A stretch of 64,000 bases of DNA, taken from Paragordius varius (Eukaryota > Animalia > Nematomorpha). This document shows, piece by piece, positions 50,301-64,000 of this stretch (position 1 is its first letter; every line of letters starts with the position of its first letter). The stretch lies in NCBI GenBank assembly GCA_964247055.1, contig OZ176051.1:8990001-9054000 (forward strand), read 5' to 3'. The notes under the pieces were generated by a model, which was given only the letters and a program-made list of their open reading frames with translations, did not search any database and was not told the origin of the DNA. The translations under genes and the position numbers were made by a program.

Positions 50301-53300
50301 TAAAACATTTTGCTCGAGCTCAATATTTTTCGATTAACGTATCAACTGCATTTTTTAGATTTTGTAATGGACTTTGAGGCGCTATGCACAAAATTAAAAA
50401 CTTCAATGAATGGAAAAACTTTATAATTTAAATATTTTAAAATCAATTATACCATTTGAAGTGATGTGATAGTGTAACTCACTAGCTGTCCTGATTTAAT
50501 ATTGAGTAATTTTATGATGCAAGGTGAAAGAAATTTTGGGTTGACTATTACCGTCATCTAAAAATAAATGATTTATTCTATAATACCAATGTGTATCCAG
50601 AATGATAGTATTCAAATTCACGAAGATTCAGTATAGCTTGAGCCATTGTGGCATCGAATGAGGGAAACATATGAAATACGAGATTTTGTAAGACACGCCA
50701 AACAAGATTCGATGCGACATATTTAATTGTAATTAAAGTTTGGTTGTCATCACTGCTGTAACGTTTGTCAACATATAAGGGTACGGATCTAAGCAAAAAA
50801 TGAATACATTCATACATGCTTATAAATATTTATTTATTTTCCGAGACTCGCCATCCTGCGACTACTGTTATTGAGTTAACTGATTAATTTACTTCTACAT
50901 AAAATCTCATTATCATTAATTAAATGACCGATGAATCTTACAATGATTACCCATATTTTCTAATTCCCCATTAAACAATCAATATTCCTTATAATTGGGG
51001 ATATCACATTTTTAATATTCTATAGTTTTCAAAAAAAAAATAATTATCCAAAATATAAAAAGATTTAAATTTTCAATTGGGTGCTGTGTTGCGATTTAAT
51101 TGTGTATTACTTATAATTAGATAACTTTTATTAAATTCCTTTTTGAATCAATAATAATAATAATAATTAATTTATATTATAAGTAGTGTATAAATGTACC
51201 AGGTTTAGTCATTGTTTAACCCGTTTTTTGGCATATACAAAGTTAATAGTGTATTTTATTCAAAACATTGTACATCGACCTGGACACATTTTCCTTGGCA
51301 TACGAATGCCATGCCATAAAAAGATCCCTTTTGCGAAAAAACATATGGTCAAGCCATTTTTCATCGTGAAGAAATTATTGGAGTGCTAGGAAGTGTGTGC
51401 CATTGATGGCAAGTTGTTTTAGTCAGATTGTACCAGGTAGGAAAGTTTAGCGAATGCAAAAGTTTTCAATCAAAAACGATTTCAATGTGAAATTTATTAA
51501 AAAATTAAGCTCAAATGCGTGGAAAATTAAAATATATATTTTTATATTTGTACGCATTTCAGCTTAATTTTTTAATAAATATCATAATGCGTAATTCTCT
51601 CAATTTTAATGATTTCAATGTGATTTCACTGGTTCTGTGTCAGACGGAACATTTTCCCTAGCGATTTTGCCATTGGTTTAAATGGCGAGTTGTGTATAAA
51701 TTAATGTGACCAGATATTTTGAACTCTAAAGCAGTACAAAATTAAAACATACTTTGCCTGTATTTACACCATCGGTGTGGTATATTTCACAGTTTCCACA
51801 AAAAAATATCCAGATAAAATATATATATTCTGATAGGAAAATATCAGGATGATCATGGTGCTTTTGGGTTAAATTTTTAGATGTAGGCTCTGAAAGTCCC
51901 AATTTTTTGGCCCTTTCAAAATGGACTGTTTAATTAAAATAAACGCGAAATTCCGACATTGTGCAATAATTTTAAATATGTGCTAAATTTTGACCACTAA
52001 ATATATTTTTTACAAAATGCATACTTTCAAAAATTTAATTTTTAGCATGATTTTGTGGAAGCTTTGAGCATGATGGAAACGATATAAACGGTTAAGATGT
52101 TATAACATTTTATACATATGATTCGATAATGCTAATTTCTCAATCAGAATTTGGTTAAAATATTCAATTTATGTAAATTGTGTTTTTTTACAAAAATTAA
52201 GCAAACAAACCTTTAAATTATAATTGTGATTGTTCAACAATAATTTAGAAAAAGAGTTTTATTATATCTTAAAGCGAAACCGTTTCCATCATGCTTCAAA
52301 ATCGTAAGAAGTAAGCCTTAACAAAATATCTCAAATTTGTTTATGCAAAAAATAAGAACACTAATGAAAATCAATTAGGAAAAAAAATTAGTATTATCAA
52401 ACCTCCCACCTAATGAGTATGGAAAACGTAAAAACACTTTTTTACCAAAAAAGGTTTTTTCGAAATCATATGCCATTTATAGTAAATTTTAAATAATAGT
52501 TACGGGAATAACAATTCTCCATATAATTTTCCGTATAATTATAGCAAAAATAAACTTTCTAAACTTGATCCAACATTATATAAAATATCTTAAATTAATT
52601 TTTTTTTAATTTTGAGGCATCTCTTTTTGCGGAAGCCCTGAGTGAAAGAGCCATTAGCCTGAATCTTACGGTGAAGTCCGAGATTTATAGTTCGCCATTA
52701 GGCGAAAGGCTGCAATCATAATCGGTTGACCGATCCAAAATCCAATTTTATGTATAGTTCGAGCAAAAAATAAATATTGACCAATTAAAAATAAGCCAAT
52801 CTTAGTTTTTACCGCAAAATGAACTAAAAATTATAGGGTGATTCAGAGGGTACTATATCAAATTCTAAAATAATTTTTTTAAATAAACAAAAGGTAATCA
52901 ATATATAATCATAAATAATTATTTTTTTTTAAATTCAAAAAGCAGTACAAAATTTGGCGCAGTACAGTCGCAGTTTTTTTCTGAAAATCCAGTACTGTAC
53001 TGCGAAAACCAGCCTATCTGGTCACATTAGTATAAATGGTTTCATCGGGTTTCAAAAGATCATGCTACACAAAGCCGCTCTAGTCAGACACAGAATATGG
53101 TCTTATTCCAAAAGAAATTTATTGGTGTTGATGGCCAGAGCTGGAAAGAAAGCTACGACCTTTCTGCTTTCAATTTAAAATATAAAGGCAGTTCTTATCA
53201 GTCACAATTTGATGCAAAAATGATTCCTTTGGTGACGTTTAAGCAGGGTTTTAAAAACCACTTTGCAATTTTAGTGACTTCCAATTGTGTAGCACCCATA

Positions 53301-55507
53301 TACCAAATTTAATCTCCCATATCTGTGGGCGTCTACTGATTGTTTTTATGATACATGAGAATATATCAATGGCCTGGAGTTTGAATTGAGTCATATAACT
53401 TTTACATTAGATAGTCTTTGCAGTTATATAATCTTCAGAGCGCCCACCGTCTTTCTCAATTCAAAATTCGAATTTATGTACACATGTTATAATGAAACAC
53501 ACCATATGTTTCTCCAGCAACCTCCTGATAATAAGGATAAAAATGCGCGGCGCATATGTTTTTAAGTCCAAATTTTGACATAAAATATAAAAAATACTTG
53601 TCGTTAATATCCAGAGCAAAATGATATCTGTATCGAATTATTGTCTACATACTTTTCGCGGAATACTTTTCTTAAACAACTAACTCATGATTACACCGAA
53701 TGTTAGAAAAGCATGGGTTGCTATGTTAGCCCTTATTTTATATGCCGATATAATAGACCAATCAAAATGCACACATGGCATATATTTTGAACATTATTGC
53801 TATATTTATTAATGTACACATTGTGCGGCAAAACAAAGATCATGTTAAGTTATTCGATAGCTAAAAAGCTTCAGTATAATGATTATTATAATACCGGATA
53901 AGCTACTATAATAAAATTTTTTATATTTATAAGCCAAAATATAACATCCCAACTAAAATTTGATATGAGTAAAAGGCGTCAACTAAATTTTTTAATATAC
54001 ATAAACACCAAAATCTTTATTTAATTTATTTTCAAAACATTGAAGGCAATAGAAAATTAATGGCCAAAAATTTTATAATTGAAAAGTTTGCGACCAAAAA
54101 TTTTTCTGGTGCGAAGCGCAATTGCTTGCATTAAACTGCGTTGCGTAAAAATAATTAATTGAAACACAAAAATTTTATTAAAACCCATTAAACAATTTTT
54201 CACATTTTTCGATTTCTTATTTAGTTAAATGTGAATAGTGCATACTTCACAGTTGACAATCCATCTACATCCATCATCAAATTGTAAATTCCAGTTTTAT
54301 CTACCTTTTTACAGATGTCAGGGACGCTAACAAATAATTCTAACAAAATATATACAATATATGAAGTAAAAAATTTCATTTGCACGAACAGATAATAAGG
54401 ACCATTAAATTGGATATAAGTATTTCACACAGTTATTCTAACAGAGAGAAAAAAGCTTAGCAGTTTTAATATTTAATCATCGTAATGGAAAACAATAAGA
54501 TAAGCTTAATGAAAGTCAAATAGCGAGATGAATTAAATATTGTAAAATGGAAATATAGTCTAATAATTTCTTAATCATAAACTCTGACACAAAAGATTGA
54601 AAATTTTAGTTTAGTATGAAATTCTTAACGGTGATTAATCGAGCATAATCTACCAACTCAATTCTATTATAGGAAATTACATATTGTAGCTAATAATTCT
54701 TAATGATTTTTCCCTGCGAACTAAATAAATTGTACCTTTTGAATCCATAAAAGTGTATTGGTTCAAGTTTTGCGTAGCTATTTAAATAGAGTATTATAAA
54801 GAAATTAATATATTATCAAATAAATTTTATATATGTGTCATAAGAATAAGAAATGTGAATTGGGCAAATGCCTATATCGGGGAGGTCAACAAGCGGCCTT
54901 CCGAAATATTTTTGTGCAGCCCGCTAAAAATTTTGAATATTCCTAATTCAATCATAAAAAAATGCTATTTACAAAATTGTAAATATTAATTTTTTAAATT
55001 AATGTTCCCAAATTTCAATGGGGTAGCAAAATTTTTTAATGGTTTTTGAAGTTTTTTTAGTTAATGTCATATATTTTTAAAATGTAACCTGTCGGATGGT
55101 TTTTAAAATTGGAAAATACTCACATAAAAATATGTGAAATATCAATTAATTTAAACGTTTTTGCAAAGTATGGGATATTGTTAATTTCAGATTTTCGCAC
55201 GCTAAAAAGTTTGTAGGGCCGCATGTTTAAGAGAATCCATTAGGATATTCAAAATCCTAAACTCTTTATTATCGTTGTAAATTATTAATAAGTAAAGCCT
55301 CTAATTTAAATTTATAAATGAATTAGGGTTTGTTTTAGTCCCGACTTTTTTCATGACGTCCAAAACTTTTTAAGTACTTTGATATCATTAAAAAGACTTA
55401 AATTGAATGAAGTTCCTTATGTAAAATTCCATCCGATTTTATCCATAAAACATTACTGTATCTTTTTTAAGACAAAAAAATATTTTATATTTATACATAG
55501 GTCACAT

Positions 55508-55551
<44 letters not shown>

Positions 55552-58500
55552 TGATAGATAAATGTATTAAAAAAGGCGCTTTTGGTTTTACGCCTTAATC
55601 ATTCAAGAAATATATGCACACTTTGTGCTACTTCCTTCACAAAAAATTACCCATCGCACATTAAAAATTTTTTTTGCTAGCTAGATGCTTTCTTCCAAAA
55701 ATATTATTAAAATATACCCTAAACTACCTTTATAAAACAAAAGACTATTCTATAAAATTGAACTTTAGATGTGGTACCTTCTCCAAACTACCATGAAATA
55801 CACAACAATGTTTTACTAAAATTTAATTTTTAAGCTGAGCTGCCATCTATTGTATCAAACTGGCCAATTTAGCTATAATATGTAGGTAATATATTTTAGT
55901 AATACTTTGTGAGCACCATTTAGCTTTTACAAAAAATTTAATTTAACATAATGTTCACTATTTTTGCCATTTTTCGGTATTGAGCAATCAGAAAAAAGCT
56001 TATATTATTCTTAAATTGCCCATAATGGTTAAAACCAAAAGTATCAAAATAATTTTAAAATATTTTTTTATCAGAATATTTATATTTCTTCGGGATTATC
56101 TGTGGGTACTAAGCAAACAGTTTAAACATAATCTAGGGTTGTATTGTTCCACACTAGTAATAAATTATTTGTCAAATATAATCTTAAATAATTACTGTAT
56201 GGATAAGTGGGACAAGGAGTTAAAATTTTTAACGGTTTTGGATGAGGGGTAGAATCGGTTTGATTAGTCACGTTAGTATTTACCATTAATCCCAAAAGCA
56301 AAAGATGGTTGGGTGCAAACAAAACATATCCTCCATCAATTATAACATTTTGATAAATTTGATAAATTTTGACGCCTCTAGGAGTACTCATTATACGAAT
56401 CTATTTAATTTTAAAAATACTGTTGCTGCCATGGATTCTACAAAGGGCGAATTTTCCAAAAATAATTTGTTGGAATGTGTATTTTAAATACATTTTAAGG
56501 CTTTTTACTATTACTAAATAAAAGAACAAACAAAATTTTTGATTCGTTCCAACATAGTTGAAAATAGATTTTAAATGCCAAACAAGGAAACTATAGAGTT
56601 CAAAATAGGCATAATGGTTATATTATACATTTTGTTAACCCTTTTTTTAAATTCAATTTGCCCCTGTCTATTAGGTGTGCTTAGGGTTGTGCTGACCAAG
56701 TCATGACCATGACTGGGTCTAACCGTATTTTTTTGAAAAAGCAGTCAATTGCACAACCCTAGGTGTGCTAGACAATAATAATTCGTGAAAAAAGATTTAT
56801 GCTGATAAAAAAATGCAATAACAAGACTTAAAAAATTTATTAACCTATTTCTATTAATTATAAAAATTATTTTATTAAAATGTAGCAAAATTATATTAAC
56901 TGTTAACATCAGCATTTTAAGGTAGATGTGGGTATAAATCAGGGCTCTACATGACCAGCGCCTGATTCTGAGATTTTTCAGGAACCAGTTCCGTTAATTA
57001 GAACCAACCCGTGGGTTACATTTCTCAGGGACCACTCTGATTACATTTTAAAAAAACAGCTATGTTCCGGTTACACCTCCAAAATAAGGGGTTTTATATT
57101 TCTAATTATATGAAAAAAATACAAAATTTATTGTTTAATTTGATTGTATGATAACATTATTTTTGGTTTCCCATCGAAATGCAATCGCCATCATATCTTT
57201 AAAATTTGTTTATATATAATTTTTAAATATTGATCAATATTTTGTATCCAATTGAATTAATATTCATGTTAGCAATTTTTAAATATCATCCTTAAACCCT
57301 TGAAGAGGGCCACATATATAATTATTAAGTTCGATTTTATTTAATCCATAGATTAAAAACAATAACATTTACCTTTTTATTTAATAAAACAAATTTTGGA
57401 AAAATACTATAAACCAGTGGTACTCACCAAAAAAATTTGACGGGTCAAATAAAATATATTTTTTTTCGAGGGCCATGAACCTGATAATGGCAAATATTCC
57501 ATAGCTATTTGACACATATGTAGATATTTATACTCTAAATCAGCACAATGAATTTTTTGCGGATCGCATAATTCAGCTAAAAACTCGTTTTGCATTATTT
57601 AGTTAAAAAAATTAAAATATTTTGATAACAATATTTATTTTAATATTAACCAATAATTTTTGATAAATTTGGTTTCGCCTCATGACAGGCTAATCTTAAT
57701 GCGTCGTCCATATGATCATCGGTTAAGCGATTTCTGTATGTATTCTTGACATACTTCATAGCCGTCGCAAACGTGTAAGTTGAGGGAAAAACAGTTAGGA
57801 TACTTGAGCACATTTTTTTATATTTTAATATTTATTTGGCGCATCTTGCCAGAACTCTACATATCTCTCTTCTATACGATTCTCCTTGAACCTAGCCTAC
57901 AAATTGTCATTTTTAAAAATGTACGAATTCTAAAATGCTCATGCTTACTATTGGATATCCTATGCCATGGATCTTCAACAAGTTTTTAAGTAATTTATAA
58001 TATTTCTTAATTCTTGAAATATGAATTTAATCTCATAGATAAAAATGCTAAATAGACTATTATTAAATTAATCTCCCTGGTAGATTCCATATTTTCTTCA
58101 TGAATCGTTTTAAGTATTAGAAAATATAGGAGTGTTTTATTTATTAAATCTTGTTTATATATTTATTACTTTAAAAGCAATTATTTGATTAGCGAATTGG
58201 GTTATTATTTTGCTCCCTTGAAGAGTTGTATTAAAAATACTAAGTTTATAAGTAATGTCGCAAAGGTAGGCTAATAAAACACACCATTTGTCACTATTAA
58301 TTTTCTCATCAAACTTTCTGTTATCTTTTTTAGGATTTCATGTCTTCAAAGAAAAAAAATCTATTTAATACTTTTCTAAGGCTTAATCATACCACAGCGG
58401 TGAACAAAAGAATATCATCAAACTCACTGTGGACATCTTTGAAAAGGTTTTTAAATTTACGGCCGTTGTATTCTATGCTATGGATGTGTAACTATATCAA

Positions 58501-61500
58501 CAACCGTTTTAATTAATGAATTGAGTGATTAATCTTTTACACTAGAAGCCAAGTTTTGATGAAAGCAGTGAAAGGATAAAATATTTTGCAAATTATATTG
58601 GTTTTTCAAAAGAGGAATAAACCCTTTGTTCATTCCAATCATAGTGGAACAGCAGCCATCGATCGAAACCAATTTTTTCATATATATACTATTATTATCG
58701 AAAAATGTGATAATTATTTCGAGAAAATCACTTCCTTTAGTGGTATTATTCATTGGTAAAATTTTTAAATATTCCTCGTTGATTATGTTGTCGTTTCAAA
58801 ATCTCACGAAGAGCGCACATTGAGGGATGAACTAATATCAGTGCCAGAATCAATAGCATTACTAAAATATTTGCTGTTTTTCAGAGCCAATGATGTATTG
58901 TTAAAAATATATTTAGACATATCTTCAATGCGTCGAGCACATGTTGAATTAGAAAGTTGAAGTTTTTCAATTTGCCTCATGATTTGATCTTTATTATGAA
59001 ATTAATCAAATAAAAAAGTGCAACCATTTATTAAACATTCTTTTATTAGTTAGGAATCAGTAAACGGTTTCATATTTTTTCCTAAAATATAGCAAATTTC
59101 ATACGAAGCTAATGTTACAGTTATTTCCTGGGAGAAAGCTATGGACAAGATTTTACTTTCAGGTATAATTCCTTAATCTTTTTATATCTTTCGTTTCTTG
59201 CCTCCTAATTTTCTGGTAATTTATGATGATGGATTGTAAAATGTCTTTCAATATTGTATTTTCTTATAACTATGTTGTCCTTACATATGAGGCAGGTAAC
59301 AAACAACGAAGAATTTTTCCTTTTTAACGATTTTCATCGGATAATTTACGTTTTTAGCATTAGATGTCACCCTTTGAATTTATGTTTAATTATGTAAATT
59401 TTTTCAAAAAATAGGAATATAATTTAAATTATGCTATAAAAAGACAGGTCGAAATTTAATGATGTTGATTTGAAAAATATTTTATGGGAATGAGTTATAG
59501 AAAATGATGCAGGATAGTATAAAGAATATGTATATGCAAGTTTGGGTGAAAGGCTTGCTTAAATACAAAAATGGATTGCATTAAAAATTTTAAAATAGAA
59601 AAGAAAATAGAATACAGAAACAGAAACAACGCGGGCCAAAATTTTGAAAACATTTTAATGTAGGGATTTTTCTACATTTCAAATTGGATAAAAAATAAAA
59701 ATTCCAAAATTAAATTTAAAGAAAATAAATTAAAAATTCCAAAATTAAATTTAAAGAAAATAAATTAAATGGTTGATTAAAAAGGTATATTCAAAAGATT
59801 GGTGACTTTGGTTGTTGAAAGCAATATACATATATGACCTTGTAATCTATTAAGAACAAACCGTAAATTGGGCTTTTATTAAAAATATTATGGAATTTTT
59901 TGTAGTACATAATTAAGTAATTTTACGTGTAATAAATGTGGGATCAAGGTTGGTGGTATAAAGTAATCATTAGCGAAGTCGTAAATACAACTTTCATAAT
60001 ATCTGTTTAAAATATTTCCATAGGTTAGGTTGGCGTGTCGTCTGGACGCACAAATCAATAGTTTCAAACCATAATATGGAACATCCACATAAAACTGTTT
60101 AAAATTATTATTATAACATAACAAAATGCATTTTTAGTATTTTTTAACAATAGCCATCTTATAAGACTCAGAACTCCTAGTTAGAAAAATAAACCGATCC
60201 TAGAACTGAATTGAATTGGATAAATTCAACCAAATTGTTTTATAAAAAGTCATTAAATTGATACAATAATAATGATTCAAAAAGTGTTTAACCTTATTAG
60301 GGGAATACTTTAAACTAATATCCATTAATGATGAAAAATTGGTTTAAAGCTATGTAAAGAAACGACCTAATTAAAAAAGGGGCTGAATGATATGAGGCCT
60401 AACGATAATTAAATGGACACATACGTTTTTTTAAAACACACTATTATTTTTGCACAAATTATGGGGCCAGAATATGTATTATAATTAAATAAAAAAAATA
60501 TTTTAAATTTAAACATCGCATGGATGTAACATTTCACAGTAGTTGACTGCAAAAACAGCTTATCTGGTCATACAATGTTACATCTATTTATCAGAACATT
60601 AATTACTATGGGCCGAATATGAACAAGAAAATATTCTTTAAATTTATTCTTTATTTTGATATGAAAACAATAAGGATAACTCAGGATATAAAAACAACTG
60701 TTTTTAATACTATAACTCAATACTAATTTGTTTTAATACATTAAAACAAAACACTTGTATGATAAAGTTTTATATAACCGTCGTTTTTTGCCATTCCTAA
60801 TCAAAATTTAAAAAAAGATTCTAAAATCCGACATAAATAATGATAAAACAACTGTATATTTTATTTAGAATTTAAAAATGTCAAAACTATCCAAACATAG
60901 TAGGGCTTAAAAACACATGAAGTTCGCTAATTAATTAATAGAGGAATATATTCATTCAATTTCACAGACTCTAATGGATCTTATGCTTAAATAATGCTAT
61001 ACATAACGTCACAAGATATATGTTTGCACACCTAAAAATGTCTGGCAAGTTTTGGAATTAAAAACTTAAAAATAATTTGAAGAATTTAAGCCTTTAACCT
61101 AATTCTCAAAATCATATTGCAATTTTTTATTAACATTTTGGGTAAAATCTAAAATAAGGTTGTTTTTTAAATATTTTGGAAATGTTTTAATATTTTAACA
61201 TAAATTAAGCGTTAATTAAAAAAAGTTATAACCAAACTTTACAAGGCTTTTTTTATGCATTTACTTCTCCTATATGGGGCTTTACCAATTTTTTCCCATT
61301 TGAAAGCAATGATCTAAAATATGAGTTGGCCAAAACTACTAAAGATACTTTCAAATTACACTAGTATTTCTTATATTCAATGAAACCCCTATATTGACCT
61401 TTGTTGTGGGAAAAAATACATTGGTGTCATTATTCGAAATTCATAAATATAGTAGAAATTTTAAGTATCCTATTCTAAATAAGTAAACAACAAAATTTTT

Positions 61501-61715
61501 ATTTAATTATATCAAAAACACTTATAATAAATTATAGAAACGAAACTTATACCACCGGGTGAAACGTTTTCACTAAATAACTCCAGTAAAATATATAATC
61601 ATCTATATAATAAGCAGCATTGAAATCCCTTGATTCGACCAATGCAAGTTTTTGCGGTATGGTGAGCGTTAAATATCCATCTTGGTGATGGCATGGTAAG
61701 ACAGATAAATTTCTA
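47338..61715 (-). CDS. Multi-exon host gene fragment; ENPP C-terminal nuclease-like domain (tentative), 5' part not identified in window
   Basis: Candidate exons ~61553-61715 (LVESRDFNAAYYIDDYIFYWSYLV), ~59926-60092, ~50587-50789 (KYVASNLVWRVLQNLVFHMFPSF) and terminal ~47338-47653 (YSIPH...VARSDLRWYLNCTIF). Order and motifs follow the ENPP1-3 nuclease-like domain by eye. Intervening exons unresolved. Confidence 0.45.
56682..56761. mobile_element. 80-bp hAT MITE
   Basis: 11-bp TIR TAGGGTTGTGC / GCACAACCCTA and perfect 8-bp TSD GGTGTGCT on both sides. Confidence 0.92.
57415..59350 (-). mobile_element. hAT (Buster/Charlie/GTF2IRD2-like) transposon, degenerate, copy 2 (inverted relative to 1-1359)
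   Basis: TIR CAGTGGTACTCACC at 57415. ORF 58529-58753 matches the start of the window (NNTTK.SDFLEII.TFFDNN). 5' TIR not found. Confidence 0.85.
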
Positions 61716-62399
61716 ATAGACAAATATGTCATTTTTGAATACCCAAAAAAAGTATTATAATTCTTTAAATATAATTACCCCACCTTAAAATATTTGAATA
61801 TTATACCATATTCTACGCAGAAATGATTTATATTTAAAAAATACAAAATATGCTAATTTGTGGTTTCAAAAAGTTTTTCAGAATTTGCTTCTATTAATCT
61901 AGCACAAGTTTTTTTTAACTTTTTTGTTTCCACATTATTTATTAACTTCGGTAATGCCAATTAATGTAAATTATCAGAAAATATCAAACCAAAATTTATT
62001 TAAATTATCGAAAACGATAATTGTGAGACCGAAATCGCAGAGAAGTTTGGTCTTTAAGCAGATTATATATATATATATCCTTTGAATTTTAAATTTTAAT
62101 TATTCAGACCAAGTTTTGTTTTAATATATTGCTGTTTCAGTATTCTCATTTTGCCTTAAACCTTGATAATAGATGCTTAACCGATTTAGATTCGGAAATG
62201 TGATTCCATGATATGTACAGTCCAAATTTTATTTAATTCAAAATTATATTAATATTTAATATCTATCGGATATCCTTATATAATTATTAAAATGGCCGAA
62301 ATAATTTGTTTATCGTGAAAGAATTACATCATTATATTAAATGTTATGGAAACAAAAGCATTAGTTTTGTAAAAATTGCTCTGGGTAGAAAGCGGCAAC

Positions 62400-63600
62400 G
62401 GACACCGTAAAGCGGGCAGGACTCATGCTGTAAAAATATTATTTTTATTGTTAAGTATAGCTTTTTTAAAATACAGTGTAAATATTTTTAGAAAAATATG
62501 TCATTTCATAATTAAAACTTAAGTTTTCACCAGATATTACCAAAAATTTTGATACAGACATTATATTCACCTAAATCAAACTCAAAAAATCCCACAATTT
62601 GAGTCCGCCGAAAACTAGGGCCTTTGTTTTATCATTCATTAATAAGCCAAATTTTGTCAAACGAACATTTGTGGCACGTGCCATCAGAAGAAAAAGATGT
62701 TAAAAGCTATGGTTTGGAAACATATGGTGACCATGCTCTATTGATTAAGCCATGGGAAACATGGTTTTGGAATAATTAAAGTTATATTACTTGCAAAGGA
62801 GAGGCGCTCTGGTGGACCACACAACTGCGAAAATGCTAAAGTGCACATATTGAATGATGACCCAACTCGACTTAACAACACGAGCGATGGGCAATACCAT
62901 ATAATCTGTAAATTGGTCCCATATAATTCGAATAGACGTCCAATATCAAGCGACTTGTAATGTCCTTATTAACGTCACGAAAAGAAATCATTTTGGCATC
63001 GATTAGAGACGGGTGATGAAATGACTTTGTTTTAAAATCCAAAGCGGAAAACTGTGGCTACCCTGCAAAGCCGGCTCAACAATACCAGTCAAATCGCATG
63101 GGCAAGAAGACCATGCTATGTGTCTGGTAAGACTAGAACGATATTGTGCATTATAAACTTATGGGGCCCAGTAAAACCGTATACACAACACTATCAAAAT
63201 AATTGATTTAAACCATGCATCAATAGATAAACGACCGGAATGGGCCAGAAAACTGGCAAAGTGGTTTAATTGCAGGAAAATGCCTGTCTCAAACAACCAA
63301 AGCAATAAAACACCTTGAAATAGCTTTAATAAAAATCTTGCGCATCCGTTAAACTCTCCTGAGCTAGCCTCATCTGACTACAACTTCGCATCAATGAAGC
63401 ACACTTTCAGGGCAGCACTTTAATAATTTTGAAGACGTTGGAAAATGGCTTGACGAATGATCGCAAAAGACAATCAGTTTTTTTGGCACATTCATAGATT
63501 GGGAGAGATGAGCGGAATGTGCAGAAGCCGATGTCCAATAATAAATTGATGACTTACTTCACAATTGCATTATTTTTTACCAAAAAACCGGTAAAAATGG
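62400..63600 (+). mobile_element. Degenerate mariner (Mos1-like, DD34D) transposase
   Basis: Broken frames give KSFWHRLETGDE, GKKTMLCVW, KRPEW, LAHPLNSPELASSDY, FEDVGKWLDE. TIRs not confidently placed. Confidence 0.85.
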
Positions 63601-64000
63601 ACTATTATTCAATATGTTTGAAATGATAAGGTATTGCTATATTTAAAGATAGGAAGTTTATAAGAACCAATGACCCAAGGCCCAATGAAAGCAGAATGGG
63701 AACTTAAAAATTATAATTAATCCGAAGCATTTAAAAATGGAATTGGAACTAGCAAATAACTTGGACATCAACCAAAAACGGATTCCGGTTACAATCCTGA
63801 AAAATTTTAATATGCGAAATCTTTTATCGTGGCATTTTGTCTGTTAGATTTAGAATATTGTTGTTCTGTTACTTTTATTTATGTAATATGGAATTTATAT
63901 GTTAATACAAAAACTAACGTTCATCATAATTTGCAAAATTTAAAATTATATTATGATATTCACAAATAGAGTGAAGCTACGTTATTAATGAATCTTAATT

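Noticed and set aside
52954-53312. Overlapping + ORFs
   Set aside because: No recognisable domain, frame disruption and no supportable splice model.
55511-55548. (AT)n microsatellite (also at ~3202, ~33935, ~40643) and poly-G at ~31236
   Set aside because: Ordinary simple repeats; some are Helitron landing sites.
56122-56487. ORFs possibly belonging to the minus-strand gene
   Set aside because: Plausible exon but no motif or phase evidence, so left out of the model.
61960-62200. pogo/Tigger HTH fragment (EIAEKFGL)
   Set aside because: Too short and degenerate to delimit as an element.

Overview
Very AT-rich animal genomic DNA (bilaterian-like 18S; species not identifiable from sequence alone), dense in decayed transposons, with three by-eye host gene models. 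The main feature is an ~11 kb minus-strand block (3377-~14480). It contains an RTE-clade non-LTR retrotransposon (APE endonuclease + RT) ending in three C-x4-C-x12-H-x4-H zinc fingers, whose 3' end joins 28S rDNA just upstream of the peptidyl-transferase loop. The block continues through the 28S 3' end, IGS, ETS, 18S, ITS1, 5.8S, ITS2 and a truncated 28S 5' half. This is an orphan, circularly permuted, decaying rDNA unit, with no upstream 28S on the element's 5' side. Other content: a phase-consistent multi-exon gene resembling a catalytically eroded ENPP (+, ~14.8-27.2 kb, Ty3/gypsy relic in an intron); a CDV3 homolog (+, 36106-40203); exons resembling an ENPP nuclease-like domain (-, 47.3-61.7 kb); a ~5.1 kb TA-flanked foldback palindrome; Helitrons; and hAT, piggyBac, Tc1/IS630 and mariner relics and MITEs. 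All protein assignments come from motif recognition, not database searches.
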